NCBI GenBank assembly: GCA_963779755.1
Contig: CAVZZO010000003.1
Coordinates: 1,248,001 to 1,312,000, forward strand
DNA from: an uncultured Gemmatimonadales bacterium
GTDB lineage: Bacteria > Gemmatimonadota > Gemmatimonadetes > Gemmatimonadales > GWC2-71-9
DNA length: 64,000 nucleotides
Reading direction: 5' to 3'
The notes beneath the pieces were generated by a model, which made no database searches, was not told the origin of the DNA, and saw only the letters and a program-made list of their open reading frames with translations. Shown piece by piece: positions 19,587 through 29,715 of the stretch. The translations under genes were made by a program, and so were the position numbers. Every line of letters begins with the position of its first letter. Within the stretch, counting starts at the first letter, position 1.

Positions 19587-20078
19587 CTACTGATTGCGGT
19601 CCACCGCCACCGCCTCCACCCGGAACACCAGCGTGGAATTTGGCGGGATGGTCCCCATCCCCTGGGCGCCATACCCGAGCGAGGGCGGAATCACCAGGAG
19701 CCGCGCCCCGCCCGGCTTCATTCCCGCCACGCCTTCATCCCATCCCTGGATCACCTGGCCCCGTCCCAGGAGGAAGGAGAACGGCGCCCCTCCCTCACCT
19801 GTGCTGTCGAATTTTCTGCCGTCAGGCAACCATCCGGTGTAACGCACGCTGACCCGGTCGCCCGGCGCGGCGGCCGGCCCCTCGCCCTCCGTGAGATCCT
19901 GGATATAGAGCCCGTCGGCGGTCTGGCGCATCGCTTTGAGGTGTACGCCGAGCGCCGGCGCGTAGGAGACCTCGCCGGGATTGCCCCCGCTGGTTTCGGG
20001 GTGCTTGCGGAAACTGTCGAGACACCCGGTGGCGGTGACGGCAAGCAGCAGCAGAGCAAAGGCGGTTCGGCGGGTCAT
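19587..20078 (-). CDS. FKBP-type peptidyl-prolyl isomerase (lipoprotein)
   Basis: VRYTGWL.DG.KFDS, VIQGWDEG, IPPSLGYG, IPPNSTLVF. Confidence 0.92.
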   Translation of the reverse strand: MTRRTAFALLLLAVTATGCLDSFRKHPETSGGNPGEVSYAPALGVHLKAMRQTADGLYIQDLTEGEGPAAAPGDRVSVRYTGWLPDGRKFDSTGEGGAPFSFLLGRGQVIQGWDEGVAGMKPGGARLLVIPPSLGYGAQGMGTIPPNSTLVFRVEAVAVDRNQ

Positions 20079-20800
20079 GCACGCTCCAGGCGGGCGAGCC
20101 AGCTGCCGTACTCGCCCCGAAAGACGACATCACAATGCCACCCGGTCTCGCGCGCCTGCCGGCGCGCCAGCTCGGGATCGGCGTAGAGCTGGGGGAAGGC
20201 CGCGCCGCGCCGCCCGGCAAACTCGAGCCGGAACTCCAGCTCCCCGGGGTAGCGGCCGGGCGATACCCGGGGCGGCGGCAGAGCGCTCACGTCGGTCGAG
20301 TCGGCCAGCACCTGGCCCCCCGGCGCCACCAGCGTGTGCAGGTGCCGGAACAGCAGCGGCAACCCATCCACCGTGCCCGCCAGGCCCAGTCCGTTCATCA
20401 GCAGGAGCACGGTATCGAAGCGCTCTCCCTGAAGCGCGAAGAGATCGGCCTGCCGCGCATCGCGAACGCCCTGCCGCCGCATGATCTCCACCGCTTCGGG
20501 CACCACGTCGATGGCGACCACCTGGTGGCCGCGCGCCTGCAGCACCAGGCTGGTGCAGCCGGTGCCCGCCCCCGCATCCAGTACCCGCCCGCGACACAGC
20601 TCCAGCGCGCGGAGCTCGTAGGGCATGAAGGCCTCGGGGGACCGGAAGAACAGGGCCACCGGCAGCGATTCGCGCTGGAAGTTGTCCTCGACCACGAGGC
20701 AGGCCCCCGTATCGCCCTCCATGTAGGCCCGGAGCGCGGCGCCGTGCGGCGCCCACGCCGCCGGATCTACCCGGGCGGGGAGCGGAACGGCGCCGTTCAC
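20075..20800 (-). CDS. Class I SAM-dependent methyltransferase
   Basis: VLDAGAGTG motif I, FDTVLLLMNG. Confidence 0.85.
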   Translation of the reverse strand: MNGAVPLPARVDPAAWAPHGAALRAYMEGDTGACLVVEDNFQRESLPVALFFRSPEAFMPYELRALELCRGRVLDAGAGTGCTSLVLQARGHQVVAIDVVPEAVEIMRRQGVRDARQADLFALQGERFDTVLLLMNGLGLAGTVDGLPLLFRHLHTLVAPGGQVLADSTDVSALPPPRVSPGRYPGELEFRLEFAGRRGAAFPQLYADPELARRQARETGWHCDVVFRGEYGSWLARLERA

Positions 20801-22383
20801 CTCTGGGGCGGGACCGTCGCCAGAATATCGTGCTGGGTGCCGCCCTGCTCCAGCAGATGGAGCGCGGTGCGCAGCGGGCCGTCGTCCGGGACGGAGCGCC
20901 GCCGGGCGGCGGAATCGCCGAAGGCCATGATGGCCACCCGCGTCTCGATCAGCCGGTTGACGTAGTTCTGGCCGGCATTGAATGCGGCGCGCTCGACCGG
21001 CACGCCCCGCTTCTTGAGCCGCCGGTAGAAATCCTCACGCCAGGCCGGGGTGACATGAAAGTCCGATCGCACCGACGGCGTGACGGTTGCCGCCATGTCG
21101 TACAGCGCGAGATAGACATCCTGCATCCGGGGCGCGAGCGCGCGCGCCAGATCGCGATCGGCGCCCGCCAGCGTGTCGCTCCGGACCACAACGTCGGGGG
21201 TAATGGCGCCGCCGCCATAGACCGGGCGCCCGGCATCGCTGTGGTACACCGGCCGGGCGCTGTCGGCCTTCAGGCTGTCGGGGGCCGAGGCCGTATCCGC
21301 GCTGTCGCCTGCGGCCGGATGCAGCCCGACATCGTGCGACGGCCGCTGAATGGACCGGCCGCTCGGCGTGAACCACTTGCCCGTGGTGAGCTTGAGGGCC
21401 CAGCCGTTCTCCAGCGGGAAGACCGACTGCACCAGGCCCTTCCCGTAGGTGGTGGTGCCCACCAGCACCGCCCGATCGTGATCCTGCAGCGCGCCGGAGA
21501 CGATCTCCGTGGCGGAGGCGGAATAGCCGTCGGTCAGGATGGCCAGCGGCAGCGAGGGCAGCAGGGGATCGCGGGTAGCGAAGTAGCGCTCGGTTACGCC
21601 GTCCCGGTTGCGGACGCTGTAGATTTCGGCGCCGCGCGGCAGGAACAGATTGGCGATCATCTGGGCCTGATCGGTATAGCCGCCCCCGTTGCCCCGCAGA
21701 TCCAGCACCAGACCGCGCAGGGTACCGGTATGCAGCTGCGCCAGCGCCTCCTGCACTTCCCGGGCGGAAGTTTCACTGAACTGCTGCAGCGGGAGATAGC
21801 CGACCCCGCCGTCCAGCACCGCCACGTAGGGCACGGAGGGGATATGGATGATGGCCCGGGTCAGGCGGATCTCGATGGGCTCATCCACGCCCTGCCGCGC
21901 GAACCGCACCAGCACATCGGTCCCCGGCGTTCCCTTGAGATGGTCGGTAACGTCGGTGAAGGCCCAACCGCCGATGTCCGCGCTGTCGATGGCAATGATC
22001 TGGTCGCCCGGCTGGACGCCGGCTTCTTCCCCCGGAGTGTGGGGAAAGATGCGATTGACCGTAATGGCGCCCTCGTGATCCTCCAGCAGCAGGCCCAGCC
22101 CGCCGTAGCGTCCCGCCGTCCGCACCGTGAAGTCCGCCATCTGCCTGGGAGACACCAGGGCGGCGTAGGGATCGTGGAGACGGTCGACCAGGCCGCGCGC
22201 CGCTTCCTCGTAGAGCTGATCGGTGCTCAGCGAGTCCACGAAGCGGGTGGAGACCAGAGTAAAGACCTGGTCGAAGAGACGGGCGGCGTCGCGCTCGGCG
22301 CGGTGCTGCAGCACGAACCCCCCGGCGGCGAGGGGAACGGCCACCACCAGCAGGGCGAGCATGACCTTGCGAAAACGAGACAT
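20797..22383 (-). CDS. S41 C-terminal processing protease (CtpA-like)
   Basis: PDZ YGGLGL, LDLRGNGGG, SASATE, TYGKGLVQ. Confidence 0.92.
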   Translation of the reverse strand: MSRFRKVMLALLVVAVPLAAGGFVLQHRAERDAARLFDQVFTLVSTRFVDSLSTDQLYEEAARGLVDRLHDPYAALVSPRQMADFTVRTAGRYGGLGLLLEDHEGAITVNRIFPHTPGEEAGVQPGDQIIAIDSADIGGWAFTDVTDHLKGTPGTDVLVRFARQGVDEPIEIRLTRAIIHIPSVPYVAVLDGGVGYLPLQQFSETSAREVQEALAQLHTGTLRGLVLDLRGNGGGYTDQAQMIANLFLPRGAEIYSVRNRDGVTERYFATRDPLLPSLPLAILTDGYSASATEIVSGALQDHDRAVLVGTTTYGKGLVQSVFPLENGWALKLTTGKWFTPSGRSIQRPSHDVGLHPAAGDSADTASAPDSLKADSARPVYHSDAGRPVYGGGAITPDVVVRSDTLAGADRDLARALAPRMQDVYLALYDMAATVTPSVRSDFHVTPAWREDFYRRLKKRGVPVERAAFNAGQNYVNRLIETRVAIMAFGDSAARRRSVPDDGPLRTALHLLEQGGTQHDILATVPPQR

Positions 22384-22461
22384 GAGAATGCTACCGGGGC
22401 GGAGGTCAGAGACGATTCAACTGCCTTACGATACGCAGACCGGCGGGGTTACAGTAGGGGC

Positions 22462-23715
22462 ATGGGAGAAAGTCGCACGCCGCAACGTTTCCCGGCGTTT
22501 GCCGCCGCCCTGGCCCTGTTTGCCGCCGCCTGCGGGGAACACCAGTCCCCTCCGGAACGAGCAAGAGCCGCGCCGCCCGCGGCAACTTCCGGCGTCTATT
22601 ACGCCCTGGCATTGGCCCCGGTGCACGACTCCGCCGCCGCGGCCCGGCGGCGGGATTCCCTGGCCGCTGCCGGGTGGCCCGCCAGCCTCGCCGGGGAGCG
22701 GCGGGCCTGGCGGGTGCGCCTGACCGTCACCAGCGACAGGGCGGCGGCGGAATTGATCGCCCGGGCGGTGGGACAGCGCCCAGACGCCCCCGGGCTCGAA
22801 GTGTACCGCGACTCGGGGGCCGGCCCGGCCGTCCACCTCCGCCGGGTCCAGCCGGTGAGCCCCGCCACCAGCGGGATGACGTCCCGGCTGCGCTGGACGT
22901 TGTCGCCCGGCGGGCGGATGCTGCTCATCGTGGACGATGCCGCGGCCATCGAGAACGACCCGGCGCCCGCGGGCTTCGTGCTGGCGGACGAGCGCAGCGA
23001 CAGCCTGTGGCAGCGCGACAGCATATGGGACGCGGCTCCCTCCCCCGACTGGCATACGGTGGCCTACAGCCACGCCTACATCGCGCGCGGGGGCGGCGGC
23101 GATACCCTGCCGGACCGGGCATGGCAGGCACTGGCACAGGCAGCCGGCCTGCCGGTGGGGCAGACGCGGCGCGCGGCCTTCCGCGCCAGCGGCATGTCCA
23201 CCATGTTCGGACTGGCCCGGCCGGCGCTGCTGGCTATCCCCTCCGGCCGCGATACGCTGCTGCCGCTCACCGGAGGCTGGCGACTGGCCTGGACGCCAGC
23301 GGGCGATTCGCTGGCCATCGGCCACGCGCCCGAGCACCCGCGCGACAACAGTCCGGCCGGGTCCTGGAGCATCTACCCGCGAGGCGGTGGCACCGCCGCA
23401 AGCCGGCCCGACACCGCCGGGCTGGCGTCCGTGCCGTGGACGGAGGGGCCGGTGCTGGACGTCTCGGTGCCGCCCGATACGGCCCGGCGGGTGTACCTGC
23501 CACAGGCGGCGGGGCGCCTCACCAGCGCGGGCGGCTGGATCCGGATGGACGATACCATCGTCGCACCGGGTCTGGCGCTCGTCGCCACCGCCTCGGGCTG
23601 TTTCGTCGCAGCCCTGGCCCCCGCGCCGGAGGGGAAGGACCGCCAGTCGCCCCTCATGGCCGTGGTCTATGCGCTGCGCTGCTCCCCGGCCCGCCCGGGG
23701 CCCGAGCTTCCCTGA
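22462..23715 (+). CDS. Hypothetical lipoprotein (possible SPOR-like plus TolB-like repeats)
   Basis: FAAAC lipobox; SPGG/SPDW/TPAG repeats; codirectional with the next gene. Confidence 0.6.
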   Translation: MGESRTPQRFPAFAAALALFAAACGEHQSPPERARAAPPAATSGVYYALALAPVHDSAAAARRRDSLAAAGWPASLAGERRAWRVRLTVTSDRAAAELIARAVGQRPDAPGLEVYRDSGAGPAVHLRRVQPVSPATSGMTSRLRWTLSPGGRMLLIVDDAAAIENDPAPAGFVLADERSDSLWQRDSIWDAAPSPDWHTVAYSHAYIARGGGGDTLPDRAWQALAQAAGLPVGQTRRAAFRASGMSTMFGLARPALLAIPSGRDTLLPLTGGWRLAWTPAGDSLAIGHAPEHPRDNSPAGSWSIYPRGGGTAASRPDTAGLASVPWTEGPVLDVSVPPDTARRVYLPQAAGRLTSAGGWIRMDDTIVAPGLALVATASGCFVAALAPAPEGKDRQSPLMAVVYALRCSPARPGPELP

Positions 23716-23742
23716 GCGCGGTTTTTCGGCGCATATTGCGAC

Positions 23743-25401
23743 ATGCCTCTGCCTCGCACTCTGCTCCTCACTCCCCTGCTGCTCTGCTGGGTCCTGGGCC
23801 GGCCGGGCCCGGTCTCCGGCCAGACGCCGCTGGATCGCGCCATGGCGGAGTTCTGGAATGCGGGAGATTCGGGCGCGGTGCAGGCATCCATCCGGAAGAT
23901 CGAGCAAACGGGGCCCGCCTTCGACACGGTACTCTCGCGGCTGGGGTCGGGCCGGACCTACTCGGCCTCCGTGCCCCGGGGGCGGCTCAGCCTCGAGCAC
24001 CGCACCAGCGACGGCCAGCGGCATCACTACACCCTGATCGTCCCGTCCACCTACGATCCGGCGCATCGCGCTCCCCTCTGGATCTTCCTCCACGGAGGCG
24101 TGAACACGGAAGACCGCTCCCTGGACCGCGAGTGGGACTTCGAGCGCTTCCACGCTCCGGAAGGCATCTCGCTCTATCCCGCCGCTTGGCGCGGAGCCAT
24201 GTGGTGGCACGAGAACCAGCTGGAGAATCTGCTGGGCATCCTGGACGAGCTGAAGCGCACCTATAACATCGACGAGAACCGGGTCTACGTCGTGGGCGTC
24301 TCCGACGGCGGCACCGGCGCCTATTTTCTGGCCTTCCGCCATCCCACTCCCTTCGCCGCCATCGTGGCCCTGCTGGGCCATCCCGCGGTGCTGACCGAGG
24401 CGCGACTCGGCGCCGGTGGGCAGTTCTACGTGTCCAACCTGCGGAACACGCCGCTCTACGTGGTTAACGGGCTGCTGGATCCGGTCTATCCCGCGCTGGA
24501 TGTGCTGCCCTATCTGAACCTGTTCCGGCGCGCCGGCGTGCAGATGACGCTCCGGCTGCGCCAGGATTCCGGCCACGAGCTGACCTGGTGGCCGCAGGAG
24601 GAGGGCGCCGTCGCCGCCTTCGCCCATGCGCACCCCCGCGCCCCGCTGCCCGATACCATCTCCTGGGCCACCAGCCGGCCGGCGGTATCGGGCCGGGCCT
24701 ACTGGGTGATGATCGACTCGCTGGGAAGCGCGCAGGATGAAAGCACCCTCCCCGTCTATGACAGCATTACCCCGCTGCCGCCGGTGCCGAACCTCGGCAT
24801 TCAGGTCGATCCGGCCAGCACCGAGGGGGTGCGGGTGCTCTCGGTCGAGTTGGGATCGGTTGCGGGGAACGCGGGGCTGCGCGCGGAAGATCGTATCGTC
24901 GAGGTCAATGGAGCACCGACGCCGACCGTCAAGGCGTTCATCGAGGCGACGCGCGGCATCGGCTGGTCGGACTCGCTGGACCTCACCGTCCTGCGGGGCC
25001 TGCAACAGCTGGAGATTCCCGCCTTCATCGGCCCCCGGCCCGCGGGGGAACAGCGGCGATCCCGACTGGCTTTTCCTCACCCCCTGCCGGGCGGCCGGCT
25101 GGAGCTGGTACGCGAGGGGAACACGGTGACCGTCCGGACGGAGCACGTGAGGCAGTTCACGCTCTTCCTCTCTCCCCAGCAGTTCGATTTCCACCGCCCC
25201 GTCCGGGTCGTCACCAATGGGCGGGTGGCGTTCGACGATCTGATCTCACCCGACCTGACCACCCTCCTCGAGCTGGCCGCCGCGGACAACGACCGGAGTA
25301 TGCTATTCGGCGCCACGCTGACCATCCGTGAGCCACCGGCGGACGGCTCCACGCGGGAGCGCTCCAGCGCCCGCTCGGGCGGGCCTCCCTCCTCTCCCTG
25401 A
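23743..25401 (+). CDS. Secreted alpha/beta hydrolase with PDZ domain
   Basis: Signal peptide, FLHGG, IDENRVY, GVSDGG nucleophile elbow, D and GH triad residues; LGI..GSVAGNAGLRAEDRIVEVNG PDZ. Confidence 0.78.
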   Translation: MPLPRTLLLTPLLLCWVLGRPGPVSGQTPLDRAMAEFWNAGDSGAVQASIRKIEQTGPAFDTVLSRLGSGRTYSASVPRGRLSLEHRTSDGQRHHYTLIVPSTYDPAHRAPLWIFLHGGVNTEDRSLDREWDFERFHAPEGISLYPAAWRGAMWWHENQLENLLGILDELKRTYNIDENRVYVVGVSDGGTGAYFLAFRHPTPFAAIVALLGHPAVLTEARLGAGGQFYVSNLRNTPLYVVNGLLDPVYPALDVLPYLNLFRRAGVQMTLRLRQDSGHELTWWPQEEGAVAAFAHAHPRAPLPDTISWATSRPAVSGRAYWVMIDSLGSAQDESTLPVYDSITPLPPVPNLGIQVDPASTEGVRVLSVELGSVAGNAGLRAEDRIVEVNGAPTPTVKAFIEATRGIGWSDSLDLTVLRGLQQLEIPAFIGPRPAGEQRRSRLAFPHPLPGGRLELVREGNTVTVRTEHVRQFTLFLSPQQFDFHRPVRVVTNGRVAFDDLISPDLTTLLELAAADNDRSMLFGATLTIREPPADGSTRERSSARSGGPPSSP

Positions 25402-25414
25402 GGGCCCCCGCGGC

Positions 25415-26032
25415 TCATGCCCCGGCCTGCCGGGCCGGACGGCGCACCGCCTCCACCGAGAGCTCGATCTCCACATCATCGCCCAGCAGCATTCCACCTC
25501 CTTCCACCAGGCGGTTGTAGGAGACGCCGAAGTCGTTCCGGTTGATCACGCCGCGCGCTTCGAACCCGATCCGGTCGCCGCCGGTGTCATCCGGGGTGCG
25601 GCCGGTGAAGTCGGTCTCCAGCGCCACCGGCCGGCTCACGCCCCGCATAATGCCCTCCACCATCAGGTGACCGCCGGCCGAATCCACTCCGGTGCTGCGA
25701 AAGGTGATCGTGGGATATTCAACCACGTCGAAGAAGTCGTGGGAGCGCAGGTGAGTGTCCCGCCGGTCGTTGCGGGTATCGATGCTTGCCGCCTCGATGG
25801 TCACCTGGACACTGCCGGCGCCCCAGCGTCCCGGCGGGGCCGTGATGGTCCCTTCGAAGCGGGTGAAGTTCCCTCGCACCTGCCCGATCAGGTGCCGAAC
25901 CCGGAAGGCCACCTCGGAGTGCGCCGGGTCGATCATCCAGACGACCGCGGAATCGGCCGGTGCCGGCCTCAGATCGGAGGCCGGAAGGACGGAAGCGGCA
26001 ACAGCGGCGAGCAGGCCGAGCAGCAGGGTCAT
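25415..26032 (-). CDS. YceI family protein
   Basis: IDPAHSEVAFRVRH, SIDTRNDRRDTHLRS.DFFD..YPTITF. Confidence 0.92.
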   Translation of the reverse strand: MTLLLGLLAAVAASVLPASDLRPAPADSAVVWMIDPAHSEVAFRVRHLIGQVRGNFTRFEGTITAPPGRWGAGSVQVTIEAASIDTRNDRRDTHLRSHDFFDVVEYPTITFRSTGVDSAGGHLMVEGIMRGVSRPVALETDFTGRTPDDTGGDRIGFEARGVINRNDFGVSYNRLVEGGGMLLGDDVEIELSVEAVRRPARQAGA

Positions 26033-26194
26033 GGCGAGGCTCCGGGCGCCGGGAGCGGCGCGGCAGCAACGGGAACAGAGGCGAACGCCCCAAGCTGCGG
26101 GCCCAGGCCCGGCGAGGCTACGACTCCCGTCACAGGCGCACGACGGCCGGGAGGAGTGCTCCCGGCCGTCGCGCGTCCCGAAGCGGCGCTGCCG

Positions 26195-27094
26195 TCAGCC
26201 GTGGGTGCGAGTCACCACGTACTGGCCGCAGGCGGTATGCTCCACTGCCACCGTGGTGGTCACACCGCCGCGCATGATGACCAGGGTCACGGTCCCCGCG
26301 TCGAAGCGTGGCGCCACGGCGCAGGTGGGATCGAAATGCAGCCCGCTGGTGGTGATGCCGACCGACCAGCTCCGGTCGCCCTCGCTCCAGCTCGAGCTGC
26401 CGGCGATGTTGAGCGTGCCGGCGGGCGGCGGCTGGTCGGGCTGGATCGACCCGGGAACATCGGCCGTGAAGGTGGCATTCCAGTTCTTCACGTGGGAGGT
26501 CTGCCGCCCGTTCCAGAAGGTGTAGTCGGTGGTGAAATTGGTGATCAGGTGATGCAGCTGATCGCCGTCACCGGTGACCTGGCGGGCGCCGTTGAAGAGG
26601 GTCGTAAAGGTGCGGTCGCTCCGGCCGGCCTGCCGCTCGATCCGGTAGTCGGTGAACACCGACCGGATCCCGAAGTCGGTGGTCGTGGGCGTGGGGTCAA
26701 GCACATCAATGAAGCCGGAGATCGTAACGGTGATGCCGCCTCGGCCGAAGTGGCAGCCGGTGAAGTCGAACCGTACCGAGTCGGCCACCGGGTCGCCGTC
26801 GGAGTCCACGGGTGGATCGGGACTGCGGTTGACGGTGCACGGTGGCGGTCCCCACGGCGGGGTTCTCGGCGGCGCCGCGGCCGAGACCGCCACGCCGCTG
26901 GCCGGTGCCAGGGTACTGGCGTCCATCACCGCATCGGCGTCGGTGGTGACCACCGCCGCCATATCCTGCGCTTCCGCATCGGTGAGACCGGCGCCCGCCG
27001 GCCCCGTCGCGCGGTCGCTGCTGCATCCCGCCAGGGCCAGCGCAGCCAACAGCGCACCGGCGGCCAGGGGCCGCACGTTCCTGGTGGTTCGCAT
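26195..27094 (-). CDS. Hypothetical lipoprotein, beta-rich
   Basis: LAGC lipobox, Thr/Gly-rich, coding-like codon usage. Confidence 0.7.
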   Translation of the reverse strand: MRTTRNVRPLAAGALLAALALAGCSSDRATGPAGAGLTDAEAQDMAAVVTTDADAVMDASTLAPASGVAVSAAAPPRTPPWGPPPCTVNRSPDPPVDSDGDPVADSVRFDFTGCHFGRGGITVTISGFIDVLDPTPTTTDFGIRSVFTDYRIERQAGRSDRTFTTLFNGARQVTGDGDQLHHLITNFTTDYTFWNGRQTSHVKNWNATFTADVPGSIQPDQPPPAGTLNIAGSSSWSEGDRSWSVGITTSGLHFDPTCAVAPRFDAGTVTLVIMRGGVTTTVAVEHTACGQYVVTRTHG

Positions 27095-27179
27095 GACCTG
27101 CTCCCGGGGAAATGAGGGCCAGAGCCTGAAACAGCCACGGTGGAGGACGGCGCCTCCGGCCCGGCGTTAAGTTTCCCCC

Positions 27180-28955
27180 ATGCCTCCGGCTGCCATCCCC
27201 TCGGAGCTCGCCGCCGCCTATCTCCAGGCGGCGGTCATGCTCGGCGTCGCTATTCTCTGCGCGGCCTTCTACCAGCGGTACCACAAGCGTTACCTGCTCT
27301 GGTGGGCGGTTGCGTGGTGTCTTTATGTGCTGCGGATCGGCGCCATCAGCCGGTTCCTGGTCACCGGCGAGTCCGCCTGGCTCTACTGGCACCAGGTCAT
27401 CACCGGCTGGACCGCCCTCGCCCTGCTCTGGGCCGCTGTGGTGTTCTCCCGGCAGCTGCGCTGGCGCGGCTGGTTCATCCTGCTGATCCTGTTCCCGCCG
27501 ATCTGGTCCTACATCGCCATCTACCGGCTGGAGCAGTTCCTCCTCGCGGCCGGCCCCGCCGTGCTCTTCCTCAGCCTGGCAACGCTGTGGACCGGGTGGG
27601 TATTCGTCACGCACTGGCGCCGGACCGGCTCACGCGGGGCGCTCTGGCTGGCGGCCACCTTCCTGCTCTGGGGGCTGCACCACCTCGACTACCCCCTGCT
27701 CCGCGCCCGTGGCGCCTGGAATCCGTGGGGCTACTACCTGGACATCCTCTTCGTCCTGGCCATCGGCGGCGGCATCTTCCTCCTGGTGCTGGAGGATGTC
27801 CACCGTGGCCTGGCGGCGCTGGCCACTCTCTCCGGCGATCTCCAGGCCGGCGGGCGCAGCAGCGACCACCTGCGAGCCCTGCTGGCGCGGCCCCTGGAGC
27901 TGCCGGGCGTGCGGGGCAGCGCCATGTACCAGGTGGATGAGGCGGGCCGCGGACGCTTCGTGCGCGGGCTGGGCGCCTGCGAGCCCTGGACCGGCCAACC
28001 GCCCGAAGGGGCGGCGGCCGGCGTCATCGCCCAGGCGGTCCGCGACGGCCGGCCGGCCGTCAGCAGCGACTGGCCCGAACCGCTGGCCCACGGAGGCGCC
28101 AGCTACGCCTACGCCGCCGTGCTGCCGGTTTTCCAGAGTGAAGGCGTCCGCGGCGCGCTGGTGATCGTCGGCGACGCGCGCGATCCGTTCACCGCCCTGG
28201 ATGAGAGCTTTCTCCGGGCGCTGGGCCAGCAGGTAGGCGCGGCCCTGGAAAATGCCGATCTGTCGCGGCGGCTGCAGGCCCGCGCCGAGGAGCTGGAGCG
28301 GCTGTCCTCCCGAATGGTGCAGCAGCACGAAGAAGAGCGGCGCCGGTTGTCGCTGGAACTGCACGACGAAACGGCCCAGGTCTTCTCCGCCGTGAAGCTG
28401 CAGCTCGGCGTGCTGCGGGAGGCGGCGGCCCCGGAGCTGGGGCCCCGGTTCGACCATGTGATTATGCTCATCGATCAGGGTATTCGCAGCCTGCGCAACC
28501 TGACCAACGACCTCCGGCCCTCGCTGCTGGACGACCTGGGCCTCCTGCCGGCCCTGCGGACGCTGGTGTCGGACTTCGTGCACCGGACCGGACTCGAGGT
28601 GCGGTTCGAGGCGCCCGCCACCGTGCCCGCCCCCGGTAAGGAGGGTGAGCTGGCCCTGTTCCGGGCGGTGCAGGAAGGGCTGTCCAACGTGGCCCGGCAC
28701 GCCGGGGCGCAATCGGTCCGCGTAGGCCTGAAGGTCCGCGGCGGCGCGCTCGACCTGCACATCGAAGACGACGGCCGGGGACTGCCTCCGGACGTGTCGC
28801 TGGAAGGCTTGGAGCGCAACGGGCACATGGGGCTGGCGGGCATGCGGGAACGGATTACCGCGCTGGGAGGGACCATCACCGTCGAGGGCCGCCCGAGCTC
28901 CGGGGTCCATCTGCTGATTCACCTGCCGCTGCATCGAGGAATGCTGAGCTCATGA
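27180..28955 (+). CDS. Membrane sensor histidine kinase (multi-TM, GAF, HisKA_3)
   Basis: EEERRRLSLELHD H-box, QEGLSNVARHA N-box, DDGRG, GLAGMRER. Confidence 0.92.
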   Translation: MPPAAIPSELAAAYLQAAVMLGVAILCAAFYQRYHKRYLLWWAVAWCLYVLRIGAISRFLVTGESAWLYWHQVITGWTALALLWAAVVFSRQLRWRGWFILLILFPPIWSYIAIYRLEQFLLAAGPAVLFLSLATLWTGWVFVTHWRRTGSRGALWLAATFLLWGLHHLDYPLLRARGAWNPWGYYLDILFVLAIGGGIFLLVLEDVHRGLAALATLSGDLQAGGRSSDHLRALLARPLELPGVRGSAMYQVDEAGRGRFVRGLGACEPWTGQPPEGAAAGVIAQAVRDGRPAVSSDWPEPLAHGGASYAYAAVLPVFQSEGVRGALVIVGDARDPFTALDESFLRALGQQVGAALENADLSRRLQARAEELERLSSRMVQQHEEERRRLSLELHDETAQVFSAVKLQLGVLREAAAPELGPRFDHVIMLIDQGIRSLRNLTNDLRPSLLDDLGLLPALRTLVSDFVHRTGLEVRFEAPATVPAPGKEGELALFRAVQEGLSNVARHAGAQSVRVGLKVRGGALDLHIEDDGRGLPPDVSLEGLERNGHMGLAGMRERITALGGTITVEGRPSSGVHLLIHLPLHRGMLSS

Positions 28956-29605
28956 ACGACGCGATTCGCATCCTGGTGGCCGACGACCACGCCCTGGTCC
29001 GCGAAGGCATTCGCGGCGTGCTGACCGCCGCCCCCGGCTTCGAGGTGGTGGCCGAGGCGAGCGACGGCCGGGAAGTCGTTGCCCTGGCGGAGCAGTACAG
29101 GCCCGACGTCATCCTGCTCGACATCTCCATGCCCGGGGCCAGCGGCCTCGAAGCGGCCGCCGAATTGCGCCAGCGGGTGCCCGGCGCCAAGGTGCTTATC
29201 CTGAGCGTGCACGATCAGACCGAATATGTGCTGGAGAGCGTGCGCGCCGGGGCACACGGATACCTGCGCAAGGATACCGCCCCCGCCGAGTTGCGCCGCG
29301 CCATCCGGGCGGTCCACAGCGGCGAGGGCTTTTTTACCCCGGTGGCGCAGCAGCTTTCGGCCGCCTTGCGCGAGGAGGCCGAGCGGGAAGAACGCTCCAC
29401 CCGGCTGGATCAGCTCACCGGCCGCGAGCGCGAAGTCCTGCTGGGCATCGCCTCCGGTGATACCAACAAGGAAATCGCGGCCAAGCTGGGCATCAGTCCC
29501 CGCACGGTCGAAACGCACCGCGAAAGCCTGATGCGTAAACTGGAGATCCGGACGGTCGCGGGGCTCACCCGCTTCGCCCTGGACATGGGGCTGGTCGCGG
29601 AGTAG
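28952..29605 (+). CDS. NarL/LuxR family response regulator
   Basis: ADDH, LLDISMP, LTGREREVL..TNKEIA HTH; ATGA overlap with the kinase. Confidence 0.95.
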   Translation: MNDAIRILVADDHALVREGIRGVLTAAPGFEVVAEASDGREVVALAEQYRPDVILLDISMPGASGLEAAAELRQRVPGAKVLILSVHDQTEYVLESVRAGAHGYLRKDTAPAELRRAIRAVHSGEGFFTPVAQQLSAALREEAEREERSTRLDQLTGREREVLLGIASGDTNKEIAAKLGISPRTVETHRESLMRKLEIRTVAGLTRFALDMGLVAE

Positions 29606-29715
29606 TCGGCGGCAGGAACACGGGCGGGCCCGGGGAAGGTGACGCGGGACACAGCACGGGCGGCCGGGACCGGCGACTACTCCCCGGTGACCATCCTCCA
29701 GTTAGTTTCCACACC

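Noticed and set aside
15391..25194. Long antisense ORFs (15391-17634 +, 22426-25194 -, and the 5' part of 20830-23715 +)
   Set aside because: Shadow frames of well-supported genes, expected in high-GC DNA, with no motifs.
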